Assembly (NCBI GenBank): GCA_965250085.1
Contig: OZ252287.1
Location: forward strand, 544,001-608,000
Source: Candidatus Altimarinota bacterium
GTDB lineage: Bacteria > Patescibacteriota > Gracilibacteria > CAIRYL01
Direction: 5' to 3'
DNA length: 64,000 nt
Part shown: positions 19,510-27,579 of the stretch, piece after piece
Position numbering within the stretch: the first letter of the stretch is position 1
Layout: each line of letters begins with the position of its first letter
Program-made: the position numbers and the translations under genes
The notes under the pieces: generated by a model
Database searches by the model: none
Told to the model about the DNA's origin: nothing
What the model saw: only the letters and a program-made list of their open reading frames with translations

Positions 19510-19977
19510 TTACTCCTTCCACAAATCCATTAAACGCATGTTTTGCTGTAGCAGCTCCATACTTCTGATACCAACCCAAAAACGTTTTTCTCTCTTCTCT
19601 TTACCCCATCCTTGTTCCACAGAATATTGAAACTCTTTCAGAATTGGGGTTTCATGTATTTCACCATATTCATCTTTCCACTTGTAAATAATTTCTTTTA
19701 CCTCACTAAGCATATAATCTGGCAATTTTAAAATTGATTCAATTGCAAAATAAAGAGCAGAAGTATCGAAATGATGAACCACCGTTCTCTTTTTACCATA
19801 GAGATACACATGCCCTGCCCTATCTCTTTTTGCTTTCCACATAGAGTATGTAATAAAGGTCAAGGATAACTTAATGGATTTTTGAGTCACATACAATTCT
19901 TCCCTTATTATGTTTCCATTCAGGGTGAATTTCTTTACTCCATCTCTTTTTTCCAATAGATTTATAGAGACAGCCAA
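19510..19977 (-). CDS. Hypothetical protein at the distal island end
   Basis: 155-aa ORF with weak TTG start. Confidence 0.45.
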   Translation of the reverse strand: MAVSINLLEKRDGVKKFTLNGNIIREELYVTQKSIKLSLTFITYSMWKAKRDRAGHVYLYGKKRTVVHHFDTSALYFAIESILKLPDYMLSEVKEIIYKWKDEYGEIHETPILKEFQYSVEQGWGKEKREKRFWVGIRSMELLQQNMRLMDLWKE

Positions 19978-20041
19978 TAATGGGAATTAAAATCGAACTC
20001 TTCCCTTGTGGGTGACCATTATATTTATTTTCAAAAATTGT

Positions 20042-20941
20042 ATGAATATTTTTATTTACTTCCTTGCAAGTATATTGGTCTTTTCTGGTTGTGCTTTAGG
20101 AAAAGATGATCAGGATAACTCAAAGTTACACTATTTGAAATATGATCAAGGTGCTGGTCAAATTGAAGTCAAATACTTTTTTTCTGATATAAAGTCATCT
20201 TTTTTAGAATATGAAAGTCAATTGGTGGATCTTCCATATGGAGAATTACTGAGATTTTATGGTGGCGCGGGTGAAATGGATCTTGCAATGATCAATGAGG
20301 AAGAAACTCAGATTTATAAAGACTATGTGGATATGAAAGATGATTTTGTGGAGAAGACAAAAATATTTCCCGAGCAAGTACGAGGAATGTTCTATCATAA
20401 AGAAAATCCTGAAATTCTTTTTGCAAAGATAATAAATTTGCCGACACATTTGACTGATGGTTATGGTGAAGACCATAATTTTTGGTCTCAATACCAATAT
20501 TTTGGATTTGAAGATAGTGGCAGAGAGCTTCTCCAACAACTCACCACAGGAGGACTGTATAAATCTGAGAACACAGGAAGGTCCTGGGAAAGAATCTGGG
20601 CAGGAGGCAGTATTATTTCCGGAGGAGTATGTCCGAAAGATAAAGATATTATGTACGTACTAAATACTGAATTTCATGGAGGTGGGTCTGGGGAAGCCTA
20701 TGTGGCTCTTTATACTAGTGACGATGGTGGCAAAAACTGGAAAGCTTCAGAACTTACACATAATCATAATTATGATAAAGAAAATTACTTCTATATGACT
20801 TGGGTAGGATTTCACAATGTCTTATATGTGGATGAATCTAGTTGCGATAGTTTATTGATACGGGGAATTGATGAATTTCAAAATGCGTACTATGTTGATC
20901 TCGAGCGAAAGAGAGTTGATCTGGTGGATTTATCTAGATAA
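20042..20941 (+). CDS. Lipoprotein with BNR/Asp-box repeats
   Basis: Lipobox 'FSGC', 'YKSENTGRSW' and 'YTSDDGGKNW' Asp-boxes. Confidence 0.75.
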   Translation: MNIFIYFLASILVFSGCALGKDDQDNSKLHYLKYDQGAGQIEVKYFFSDIKSSFLEYESQLVDLPYGELLRFYGGAGEMDLAMINEEETQIYKDYVDMKDDFVEKTKIFPEQVRGMFYHKENPEILFAKIINLPTHLTDGYGEDHNFWSQYQYFGFEDSGRELLQQLTTGGLYKSENTGRSWERIWAGGSIISGGVCPKDKDIMYVLNTEFHGGGSGEAYVALYTSDDGGKNWKASELTHNHNYDKENYFYMTWVGFHNVLYVDESSCDSLLIRGIDEFQNAYYVDLERKRVDLVDLSR

Positions 20942-21043
20942 ACCAAGGAGGAACAGATGCCCATCGGCATAAATCCATGACTCTCAACAACTCTCTGATA
21001 AAAATATGATAGAGCTTTTATTGCATACAATGAAGCAAGCTTC

Positions 21044-21736
21044 ATGGTCTTGTGTTCAGCTTGTACTCCAATTGAAAAAACAATCATCTTCCCCTGCTCT
21101 CTTTTTTGGGGCAAAATTTCATTTGTGAAAGAAGTTTTTCTCTTAGAAATTCGCAGGCAGGTCTTCCATCTCTGTTTTGGAACGGGAATTGCACTTTTTC
21201 TATACTTGGATCTTATAAACTCATACTCACTTGCTCTTCTGACCATTCTTTTTGGTATTTTGATTCTGCATTGGAAGACGCCTTCTTCGGAGAGATCTTT
21301 GTTGAAAAAAATGCTGTCTTTTTTTGAACGTGATGAACATATTATTCAATTCCCAGGGCGTGGAGTGTTCTTTTTCCTTCTGGGAGCAACACTAGTAAGC
21401 TTTCTCTTCTCGCAGCCTATCGCACTTGCCAGCATTTTGATCCTAGCAGTAGCAGATGCCGTATGTCACCTTTATGGTCGGTTTTTAGGGTATGTCAAAA
21501 TTCCAAAGTTCCCCAAAAAGAATCTAGAGGGTCATGTTATCGGATGGATCTTAGGAGCATTAGTGGCCCTTATTTTTGTTCCACTTGTCCCTGCCCTTAT
21601 TGCAAGTTTTATCGCTATGATTTTTGAAATTCCAGAATGGAAAGTAGGGATCATCCCTCTTGATGACAACCTGCTAATCCCTATAGCTGCAGCGGGGTCA
21701 CTTGCAATGTGGAATGTCTTTTTCCCATTTTTGTAA
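21044..21736 (+). CDS. Polyprenol/phytol/dolichol kinase family membrane protein
   Basis: 'RRQVFH', 'ADAVCHLYGR', 'KKNLEG', 'DDNLLIP'. Start uncertain. Confidence 0.85.
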   Translation: MVLCSACTPIEKTIIFPCSLFWGKISFVKEVFLLEIRRQVFHLCFGTGIALFLYLDLINSYSLALLTILFGILILHWKTPSSERSLLKKMLSFFERDEHIIQFPGRGVFFFLLGATLVSFLFSQPIALASILILAVADAVCHLYGRFLGYVKIPKFPKKNLEGHVIGWILGALVALIFVPLVPALIASFIAMIFEIPEWKVGIIPLDDNLLIPIAAAGSLAMWNVFFPFL

Positions 21737-22101
21737 TGCCTACAAAACTTCGAAAATTTGGAGACTTAGGAGAAGATATCGCTGCAAATTTTTTGCGACA
21801 AAAAGGATATATTATCGTGGAACGAAATTTCCTCGTTCGTGAAGGAGAAATCGATCTTGTGGCAGAAAATGAAAATGAAGATTTGATTTTCATAGAGGTT
21901 AAAGCTAGAAGAAATACATCATTTGGAGAAATTGCTGAATCTGTTACTTCTGAAAAACAAGAAAAATTATGCCGCACTGCATACAAATATCTTCAGGTAA
22001 AAGATATTGATTCAGAAACTCACTGGCGTATAGACGTCGTCACTGTAGATTTTTCCAAAAATCCACCGTATATAGAACACTTCGAAAATGCCTTTGAATA
22101 A
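21736..22101 (+). CDS. yraN: YraN family endonuclease
   Basis: GEDIAANFL...GEIDLVA...FIEVKAR...RIDVV. Confidence 0.93.
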   Translation: MPTKLRKFGDLGEDIAANFLRQKGYIIVERNFLVREGEIDLVAENENEDLIFIEVKARRNTSFGEIAESVTSEKQEKLCRTAYKYLQVKDIDSETHWRIDVVTVDFSKNPPYIEHFENAFE

Positions 22102-22150
22102 AACGATGTGCTGAGTTATTTTTTCTTTCCCAAAATTTATAAATTTTACT

Positions 22151-23071
22151 GTGCACCTTTCTCAAAAACCAATCCTCTTGCTTCTTTTAACTCTCCTTCT
22201 TCTCGGAGGAATACTGATATGGAGAACATGGATTTACCGAGGAGAGCTTACCATCATTTCGCCGGCACCATTTACTCTGCAAATAAAAACGGGAAAACAG
22301 CTTCGAGGAGAAATATTATCTTGTAATGAATTGGAATGTACATACAAATTACCTGCTAGAACCTATCGATTAACTATTCAACCGGAGAATTATGAAGTTT
22401 TTACCCAAGAAGTAAAAATTTTGTGGAACCAAAACCATACTCTAGAGTTTGAACCACAAAAAGTACCACAACTTATTGCGATTGAGAAAAGTGTGTCAAA
22501 TCATGAAGAAAGCGCTTTGCAAAAGAATTATTTTTTTGAAGAAACAGGTCAATTGTTTCTCAAAAAAGATAATGGGAATGTGTTTCTCGCAGATTTTTCA
22601 TTTCTTGATACCACTGCTGCTCAAATTATTCCTGATCCCTATGTGGAACGCGCCTTCGTGCTTCTTGAAAGTTTTCTGTTTGAAGTAGACGTGCAGAAGA
22701 AACAAAAGTTTGAAATTCTTTCGTTTCCCGAAGCTCCTGGACGCATAACTCTCCATCCTCTACAAAAAAATATGCTTCTGCTGGGAAAAGATGATGAAAT
22801 TTCCCTCTTTTTTCTGGAAAATAGGACCTCATTTACACTCTCTGAAGTAAAAAATCCAAACTTAGTGTGTCAAAATCCAGAGAATTCTGAAGAAATATTT
22901 TTTGCAATACAAGATGCAAATTGGCATATTAAAAGAACTTCTCTCCCATTTGAAACTTCAGAGGGAGTAGCCAGTTATCCTTTTGATTCTGCAATAGAAA
23001 ATATCGAATGTGAAAAAGAGTCCTCCCTTATGCTACACACAAAAGAAGAATCGTTTCGCTTGGAATTTTAA
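22151..23071 (+). CDS. Membrane-anchored PEGA-like domain protein
   Basis: N-terminal TM, 'GELTIISPAP', 'LPARTYRLTIQPENYE'. Confidence 0.55.
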   Translation: MHLSQKPILLLLLTLLLLGGILIWRTWIYRGELTIISPAPFTLQIKTGKQLRGEILSCNELECTYKLPARTYRLTIQPENYEVFTQEVKILWNQNHTLEFEPQKVPQLIAIEKSVSNHEESALQKNYFFEETGQLFLKKDNGNVFLADFSFLDTTAAQIIPDPYVERAFVLLESFLFEVDVQKKQKFEILSFPEAPGRITLHPLQKNMLLLGKDDEISLFFLENRTSFTLSEVKNPNLVCQNPENSEEIFFAIQDANWHIKRTSLPFETSEGVASYPFDSAIENIECEKESSLMLHTKEESFRLEF

Positions 23072-23081
23072 GGAGGAGGAC

Positions 23082-23264
23082 TTAAGAATGCTTTTCTGTT
23101 TTTACTTTCGGAACAACGTACTTTCTGTTCTTTGAATCGTACATTTTTCTGAAAGCTTCATCCTTTTTTACATTGGCTTTGTTGCAGTGGTATCCATGCC
23201 CAATAATATGCCCCCCTTCGGGCGAATAAAATACAACTGCTTGTTTCTTTTTTCCTCGTGGCAT
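23082..23264 (-). CDS. Small basic protein, probable divergent ribosomal protein bL33
   Basis: 60 aa, Lys-rich, 'RKMYDSKNRKYVV' resembles the L33 'KKYDP..RKHV' motif. Confidence 0.5.
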   Translation of the reverse strand: MPRGKKKQAVVFYSPEGGHIIGHGYHCNKANVKKDEAFRKMYDSKNRKYVVPKVKTEKHS

Positions 23265-23327
23265 GACCTTGTCTAAAAAGAGCCAATAGATTCTAGGGAT
23301 CCGTATAAAAAAGTCAAAGGAAAACTC

Positions 23328-24296
23328 TTAAGAGATCAGTTTACACATTTTCCAATGAAACCACTTCAACATTTTCCTGCCACCGTGTTTGGAGATGACC
23401 CCAGAGTAACTGGCAACATTTCTCAAGCTCAATCTGCTGGCAATTCTGGTTTTATTGCGTTTGGTAAGTCTTCTTCCGGAAGACCAGAGTTCAGTACCAA
23501 GAAACTTGAGTCCGTGTTTTGCTTTGAAAATCAGGTCATTTTTCGGATGCAGCGGTAATTTTAGATGTTCTGATACAAAAGCAATTATTTCCGTCCGCAT
23601 ATTTTCTAACTTTTCTTTTTCCATCTCGAACAAGACAAAATCATCGCCATACCGCAGATATGCTTTGGGTTTCTGTATATGCTTCACAAAGCGATCCAGT
23701 TCATTCATGTAAATGTTCGAGAAAATCTGGCTGGTGAGATTGCCGATAGGCATACCGACTTCTTCCTTATGAGTACAGTAGCTCTTGAGTACTTCACGGA
23801 TAATGAGCAGAGCTTTTACATCAGGAACCCTCCTTTTTAGCAATTCAAAGAGTACATTTTGATCGATATTATCAAAAAACTTCCGAATATCCGCTCTCCA
23901 AATGTAGGCACGAGGATACGATTGCAAAAAGCCATGTGTGCGCTCGATTGCTCCCAGCAGTCCTTTCCCTTTCCGGCATGACCAAGCATCATAAATGAAA
24001 GTTTTATCCCAGAGAGGAACGAGGTAGTCATAGAGCAGTCGGTGCACAACGCGGTCGCGAATAGGAGAAACGGAAATTTCCCGTTGTTTGTTATCACAGA
24101 CCGTAAAAGATCTGTACGCACCGTGGCGATATGTTCCTGCATTCAGGTCTTGATACAGCTCAAAAAGACGCTCTTCCAAATGGTACTGAAATTCGTGCAT
24201 CTCTTCTGTTTCCCTTTTTCCTTTCCGAAAGGCAAACCATGCCTTCCAAATATTTTCTAACCCCAAGTTTATGAATTCTTCATTGCCCATTATCAA
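23328..24296 (-). CDS. DGR reverse transcriptase
   Basis: 'RDRVVHR', 'ADIRKFFDNID', 'GMPIGNLTSQ' (DGR-type), 'RYGDD', 'FLG'. 322 aa with no maturase or endonuclease domain. ATG at 24290 is the likely start. Confidence 0.95.
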   Translation of the reverse strand: MIMGNEEFINLGLENIWKAWFAFRKGKRETEEMHEFQYHLEERLFELYQDLNAGTYRHGAYRSFTVCDNKQREISVSPIRDRVVHRLLYDYLVPLWDKTFIYDAWSCRKGKGLLGAIERTHGFLQSYPRAYIWRADIRKFFDNIDQNVLFELLKRRVPDVKALLIIREVLKSYCTHKEEVGMPIGNLTSQIFSNIYMNELDRFVKHIQKPKAYLRYGDDFVLFEMEKEKLENMRTEIIAFVSEHLKLPLHPKNDLIFKAKHGLKFLGTELWSSGRRLTKRNKTRIASRLSLRNVASYSGVISKHGGRKMLKWFHWKMCKLIS

Positions 24297-24618
24297 TAAA
24301 AGTTATGATCTGTATAAGCATTTTACCCAAGTCAATGATCACATGACAAAGAGATGGAGACTGACACTCGGCAAAAGTGCCGAAGACAGCATTCTTACAC
24401 TCCTTGAGCATCTAGTCATGGCAAAAAATGCAGCAAAAACCATGAAAGCTCCATATCTCCTCAAAGCGAGTGGAACTTTGGAAGTTCTTACTTTCAAGCT
24501 CCGCCTTATGTTGGAACTCAAACTGGCAAACGAAACCCGTATCTTCCAACTGCAATCAGAAGCACAAGAGATTGGAAGAATGTTGGGAGGATGGTTGAAA
24601 TCTACACAAAGTATGTAA
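24271..24618 (+). CDS. avd: DGR accessory variability determinant (Avd-like four-helix bundle)
   Basis: 'LPIINKSYDLY...R.TLG...LRLM...EIGRMLGGWLKS', 115 aa, basic. Confidence 0.9.
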   Translation: MNSSLPIINKSYDLYKHFTQVNDHMTKRWRLTLGKSAEDSILTLLEHLVMAKNAAKTMKAPYLLKASGTLEVLTFKLRLMLELKLANETRIFQLQSEAQEIGRMLGGWLKSTQSM

Positions 24619-24724
24619 ACCCTTATCGAGCCACGCCACGCCCTATTGTCATTGTGATTATTGGCATTATTCCGATTCACGTTAACATTATCACCATTAC
24701 GATTACCATTGAGGGCGTAACCAG
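24617..24724 (-). repeat. DGR template repeat (TR), 108 bp
   Basis: Ungapped match to 25056-25163. AAT-codon rich. All 18 differences are at TR adenines. Confidence 0.97.
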
Positions 24725-24979
24725 CTTGTTGATGAAGTTTATCCGGTACAGACCCACAGTCACAACCATAGTCTGCTTGTAACTTTATCATTTTTCACCC
24801 TGCTTCTCAGGGAAAACTTCACTCAAACCTAAGGGTTTACTACTCTTGAATGTACTTTTTAGGCTTCTTCTTTCATGCAAAGCCCCATTTGTAAAAGAAC
24901 ATTGTACGGTAGCCCCTGCCTAAGCGAGGTTCCTATTCACCGTCAGGAAAAAAGTATATCTGTAAAAATCGTATAAAGA

Positions 24980-25001
24980 AAGACCGCCTCATGGCGGTCT
25001 T
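24980..25001 (-). promoter_or_regulatory. GC-rich hairpin downstream of VR (DGR homing hairpin/cruciform and/or terminator)
   Basis: Perfect 9-bp stem AAGACCGCC/GGCGGTCTT with 4-nt loop, ~45 bp past the target stop codon. Confidence 0.75.
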
Positions 25002-25044
25002 CAAGGATAAAGTTAAAGTTTAAGAAAAATTTAAGATTCAAAGC

Positions 25045-25794
25045 CTAAGCCCATGAAACCCTTAGCGAGCCACGCCACGCCCTAACGCCACTGTGAAAAC
25101 TGGCATTACCCCGATTCACGCGAACAAGATCACCAGGACGAGAACCATTGAGGGCGTAACCAGTTTTTCTTGTATCTAAGTTTGTTTTGAGCCAACTCCA
25201 AGTTCTTTTGTCAAACCCCCCCTTCTCCTGAAGCACGTCTCTACATTGTTTTGGGGTCATAAGGTCTATACCCATTGCTTCAGCCATCTCAACAGCATTT
25301 CCATTAAACCTTTCATCTGGATGTTTTTCTTTTAACCACGCTGCTGCCTCTTTATCATAGACACAGTTCCTTGCACTTTCTGGAGTCTCTTGAGAACATG
25401 TACCAATATCAAAACCACTCTCATCAAAGTCATATACATCCGGGGCATGACCTGCTACCTCCATCTCATGCACGCTCCACAGTGCCTCAGGATTTGCCTC
25501 AAGTGCAGTTTCGACTCTGCTCCATTCGAGATCTTTATGGAGGTGGACATTGTCAGTAAATCTTGTTCTAAGGGAATCTAAAGTCTTTTTCGCATCCTCA
25601 GGCGAGAGTTTGCGCTGAGTTCTGCCTCCTGCTGCTAGCTCCTCCAGTTGTAGTTGTAACATAGCAATTGCTTCACGGATTCCTGCTTGAACTTCATCGA
25701 GATCGTTAATATCGAGCAGGGATTCAAGCTTTTCTGTCGCTGTCTTAATTCCTTGTTCTGGAGATCCTGCCATTTGTTCTGGAGAGTCTGTCAT
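25045..25794 (-). CDS. DGR target protein, DUF4256-like with N-terminal helical extension
   Basis: 'LEANPEALWSVHEME..G..PDV', 'CVYDKEA', 'MAEAMGIDLMT', C-terminal 'RAWRGSLRV'. Carries the VR. Confidence 0.88.
   Translation of the reverse strand: MTDSPEQMAGSPEQGIKTATEKLESLLDINDLDEVQAGIREAIAMLQLQLEELAAGGRTQRKLSPEDAKKTLDSLRTRFTDNVHLHKDLEWSRVETALEANPEALWSVHEMEVAGHAPDVYDFDESGFDIGTCSQETPESARNCVYDKEAAAWLKEKHPDERFNGNAVEMAEAMGIDLMTPKQCRDVLQEKGGFDKRTWSWLKTNLDTRKTGYALNGSRPGDLVRVNRGNASFHSGVRAWRGSLRVSWA
25056..25163 (-). repeat. DGR variable repeat (VR), 108 bp
   Basis: 3' end of the target gene. 11 codons changed relative to TR. Confidence 0.97.
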
Positions 25795-25902
25795 TTGTAA
25801 GAGGGGTCAAGTTTTAAAAAGGAGATGATAATATATTGCTATAAATTTTTTGTCAAGGAAAACTGACCCGAATCACGAAATGGTGTAGTTCTGTAATGAG
25901 GG

Positions 25903-27030
25903 TTATTTAAAATTTTTCTGCATCGCTTTCCATGCCAAATATTTTTTTACAAAAGGCTCCAAATTACCATCAAGAACATCATCTGGATTGGTGCTCTCAT
26001 ATTCTGTTCGAAGATCTTTGACGAGTTTATACGGATGAAGGACATAATTTCGTATTTGGCTCCCCCACTCTGCAGAAATATGTTCTCCTTTGAGCTCTGC
26101 TTGTTTTCTTGCTTCTTCAAGATGTCTTTCTTCTGTGAGACGAGATTTGAGAATTTGGAGAGCCTTGTCTTTATTTTGATGCTGAGATCTACTGCTCTGG
26201 CAACTGACTACAATACTAGTGGGGACATGGGTAATACGAATGGCAGAATCCGTTTTATTCACATGCTGTCCTCCAGCTCCTTGAGCTCGAAAAGTATCAA
26301 TTCTGAGATCTTTTTCTTCAAGAACAATATCTTTGGTGTCTCTCTCTTCCAATAATGGCGAGACGGCAATACCGGCGAACGATGTGTGTCTCAAGTTTTT
26401 AGCATTAAACGGTGAGAGTCTTACGAGCCGATGAGTCCCTTTTTCTCCCTGGAGATACCCAAACGCATTTTCTCCAGTAATTTCAAGGGTTGCACTCTTG
26501 ATGCCCGCTTCTGAGTTCTCTGATTTTTCCAGTATTTCTGCTTTCCATCCCATACGCTCTGCAAATCTCAGTTCCATCCTGAGGAGCATCTCTGCAAAAT
26601 CCTGTGCTTCTGCTCCTCCCGCTCCAGAGGCAATTTCCACAATTGCCCCACGATCATCATATTCACCAGAAAGATATAAATCAGTTTCTGCAGAGGTAAA
26701 CTTTTGTTGCAGTATCTCATATTCTTTTTCAAGGTCGACAATTTCTGTATCCTCTTCATTTGTCATTTGAATAAGCTCCAAAAGCTCTGTGCTCTCAGAA
26801 ATAAGTGTTTTCCAGAGTTCTTGTTTTTTTTGAAGTGAAGCGAGTCTTTGAGTTACTTTGCGAGCATTGTCAGCATCATTCCATAAATGAGGGTTATTTG
26901 CTTCTTTTTGGAGCTCAGAAATTTCTGATGTAATTTGGTTTGGGTTCAGGCATTGCCAGCCATCAGAAATTTTATTCTGAAGATTTTCTGCCACTGAAAG
27001 AAGTTCTGCAAGAGTCATAAGGTGTTCCAA
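25903..27030 (-). CDS. prfB: Peptide chain release factor 2 (single frame)
   Basis: SPF and GGQ motifs, 'WGSQIRNYVLHPY'. Confidence 0.96.
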   Translation of the reverse strand: MEHLMTLAELLSVAENLQNKISDGWQCLNPNQITSEISELQKEANNPHLWNDADNARKVTQRLASLQKKQELWKTLISESTELLELIQMTNEEDTEIVDLEKEYEILQQKFTSAETDLYLSGEYDDRGAIVEIASGAGGAEAQDFAEMLLRMELRFAERMGWKAEILEKSENSEAGIKSATLEITGENAFGYLQGEKGTHRLVRLSPFNAKNLRHTSFAGIAVSPLLEERDTKDIVLEEKDLRIDTFRAQGAGGQHVNKTDSAIRITHVPTSIVVSCQSSRSQHQNKDKALQILKSRLTEERHLEEARKQAELKGEHISAEWGSQIRNYVLHPYKLVKDLRTEYESTNPDDVLDGNLEPFVKKYLAWKAMQKNFK

Positions 27031-27048
27031 TGGTACAGGATCTCAGAT

Positions 27049-27519
27049 TCATGATCCATGATTCGCGATATGCCATAGAGCAAGACTGCCAGCAATAGAC
27101 ACATTGAAACTCTTCTTCTTCCCTTTCATAGGGATCACGATAACTTCATCAGTATGCTTCAGAATATCTGGAGCAATCCCATCTACTTCATTTCCCACCA
27201 CAAGACAAAGTGGATAAGTGGGTGTAAATTCTGAAATATTTTTGGCATTTGGAATGTTCTCTAGGGCAACAATACGAATATTTTTCTTTTTTAGTTTAGA
27301 AATAACTTCTAAAGGATCTATTGTATAACTCCATGAAACCATTTTTTCTGCATCCAAGGAAGTCTTGATAATCTCTTTGTGAGGCGGATATGGAGTGATT
27401 CCTGCAAGAAAAATATGATTCACTCCCACGCCATCTGCTGTACGGAAAAATGATCCAACATTAAACCCGCTTCTGACATCAGGAAGAAAAAGAGAAAGAT
27501 TTTTATCAGTCGATTGCAT
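27049..27519 (-). CDS. SpoU/TrmH family RNA methyltransferase
   Basis: 'NVGSFFRTAD', 'VVGNEVDG', 'IPMKG.KKSFNVS'. Confidence 0.92.
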   Translation of the reverse strand: MQSTDKNLSLFLPDVRSGFNVGSFFRTADGVGVNHIFLAGITPYPPHKEIIKTSLDAEKMVSWSYTIDPLEVISKLKKKNIRIVALENIPNAKNISEFTPTYPLCLVVGNEVDGIAPDILKHTDEVIVIPMKGKKKSFNVSIAGSLALWHIANHGS

Positions 27520-27579
27520 AGCAGGAAAAGATTGAATTCTGCTATCATTCTAGAGATTTTAGGTTTCTTTAAAAGAGAA

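Larger units (their letters stand above)
13888..20021. mobile_element. Genomic island / satellite-like element integrated at tRNA-Tyr
   Basis: Serine recombinase abuts the tRNA, TerS-like gene present, sequence visibly CpG-poor relative to flanks. Right end tentative: ACCATTA at 13884-13890 recurs at 20015-20021. Confidence 0.7.

Noticed and set aside
23328-24296. RT as a group II intron, retron or CRISPR-associated RT
   Set aside because: The IGNLTSQ motif, short length, adjacent Avd and A-specific TR/VR pair identify a DGR RT. No maturase domain, intron domain V or cas genes are visible.
24339-24791. 150-aa minus-strand ORF containing the Asn-rich TR translation
   Set aside because: It consists of the TR (stop-free because it mirrors VR) plus the antisense of avd. 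No independent evidence of coding.
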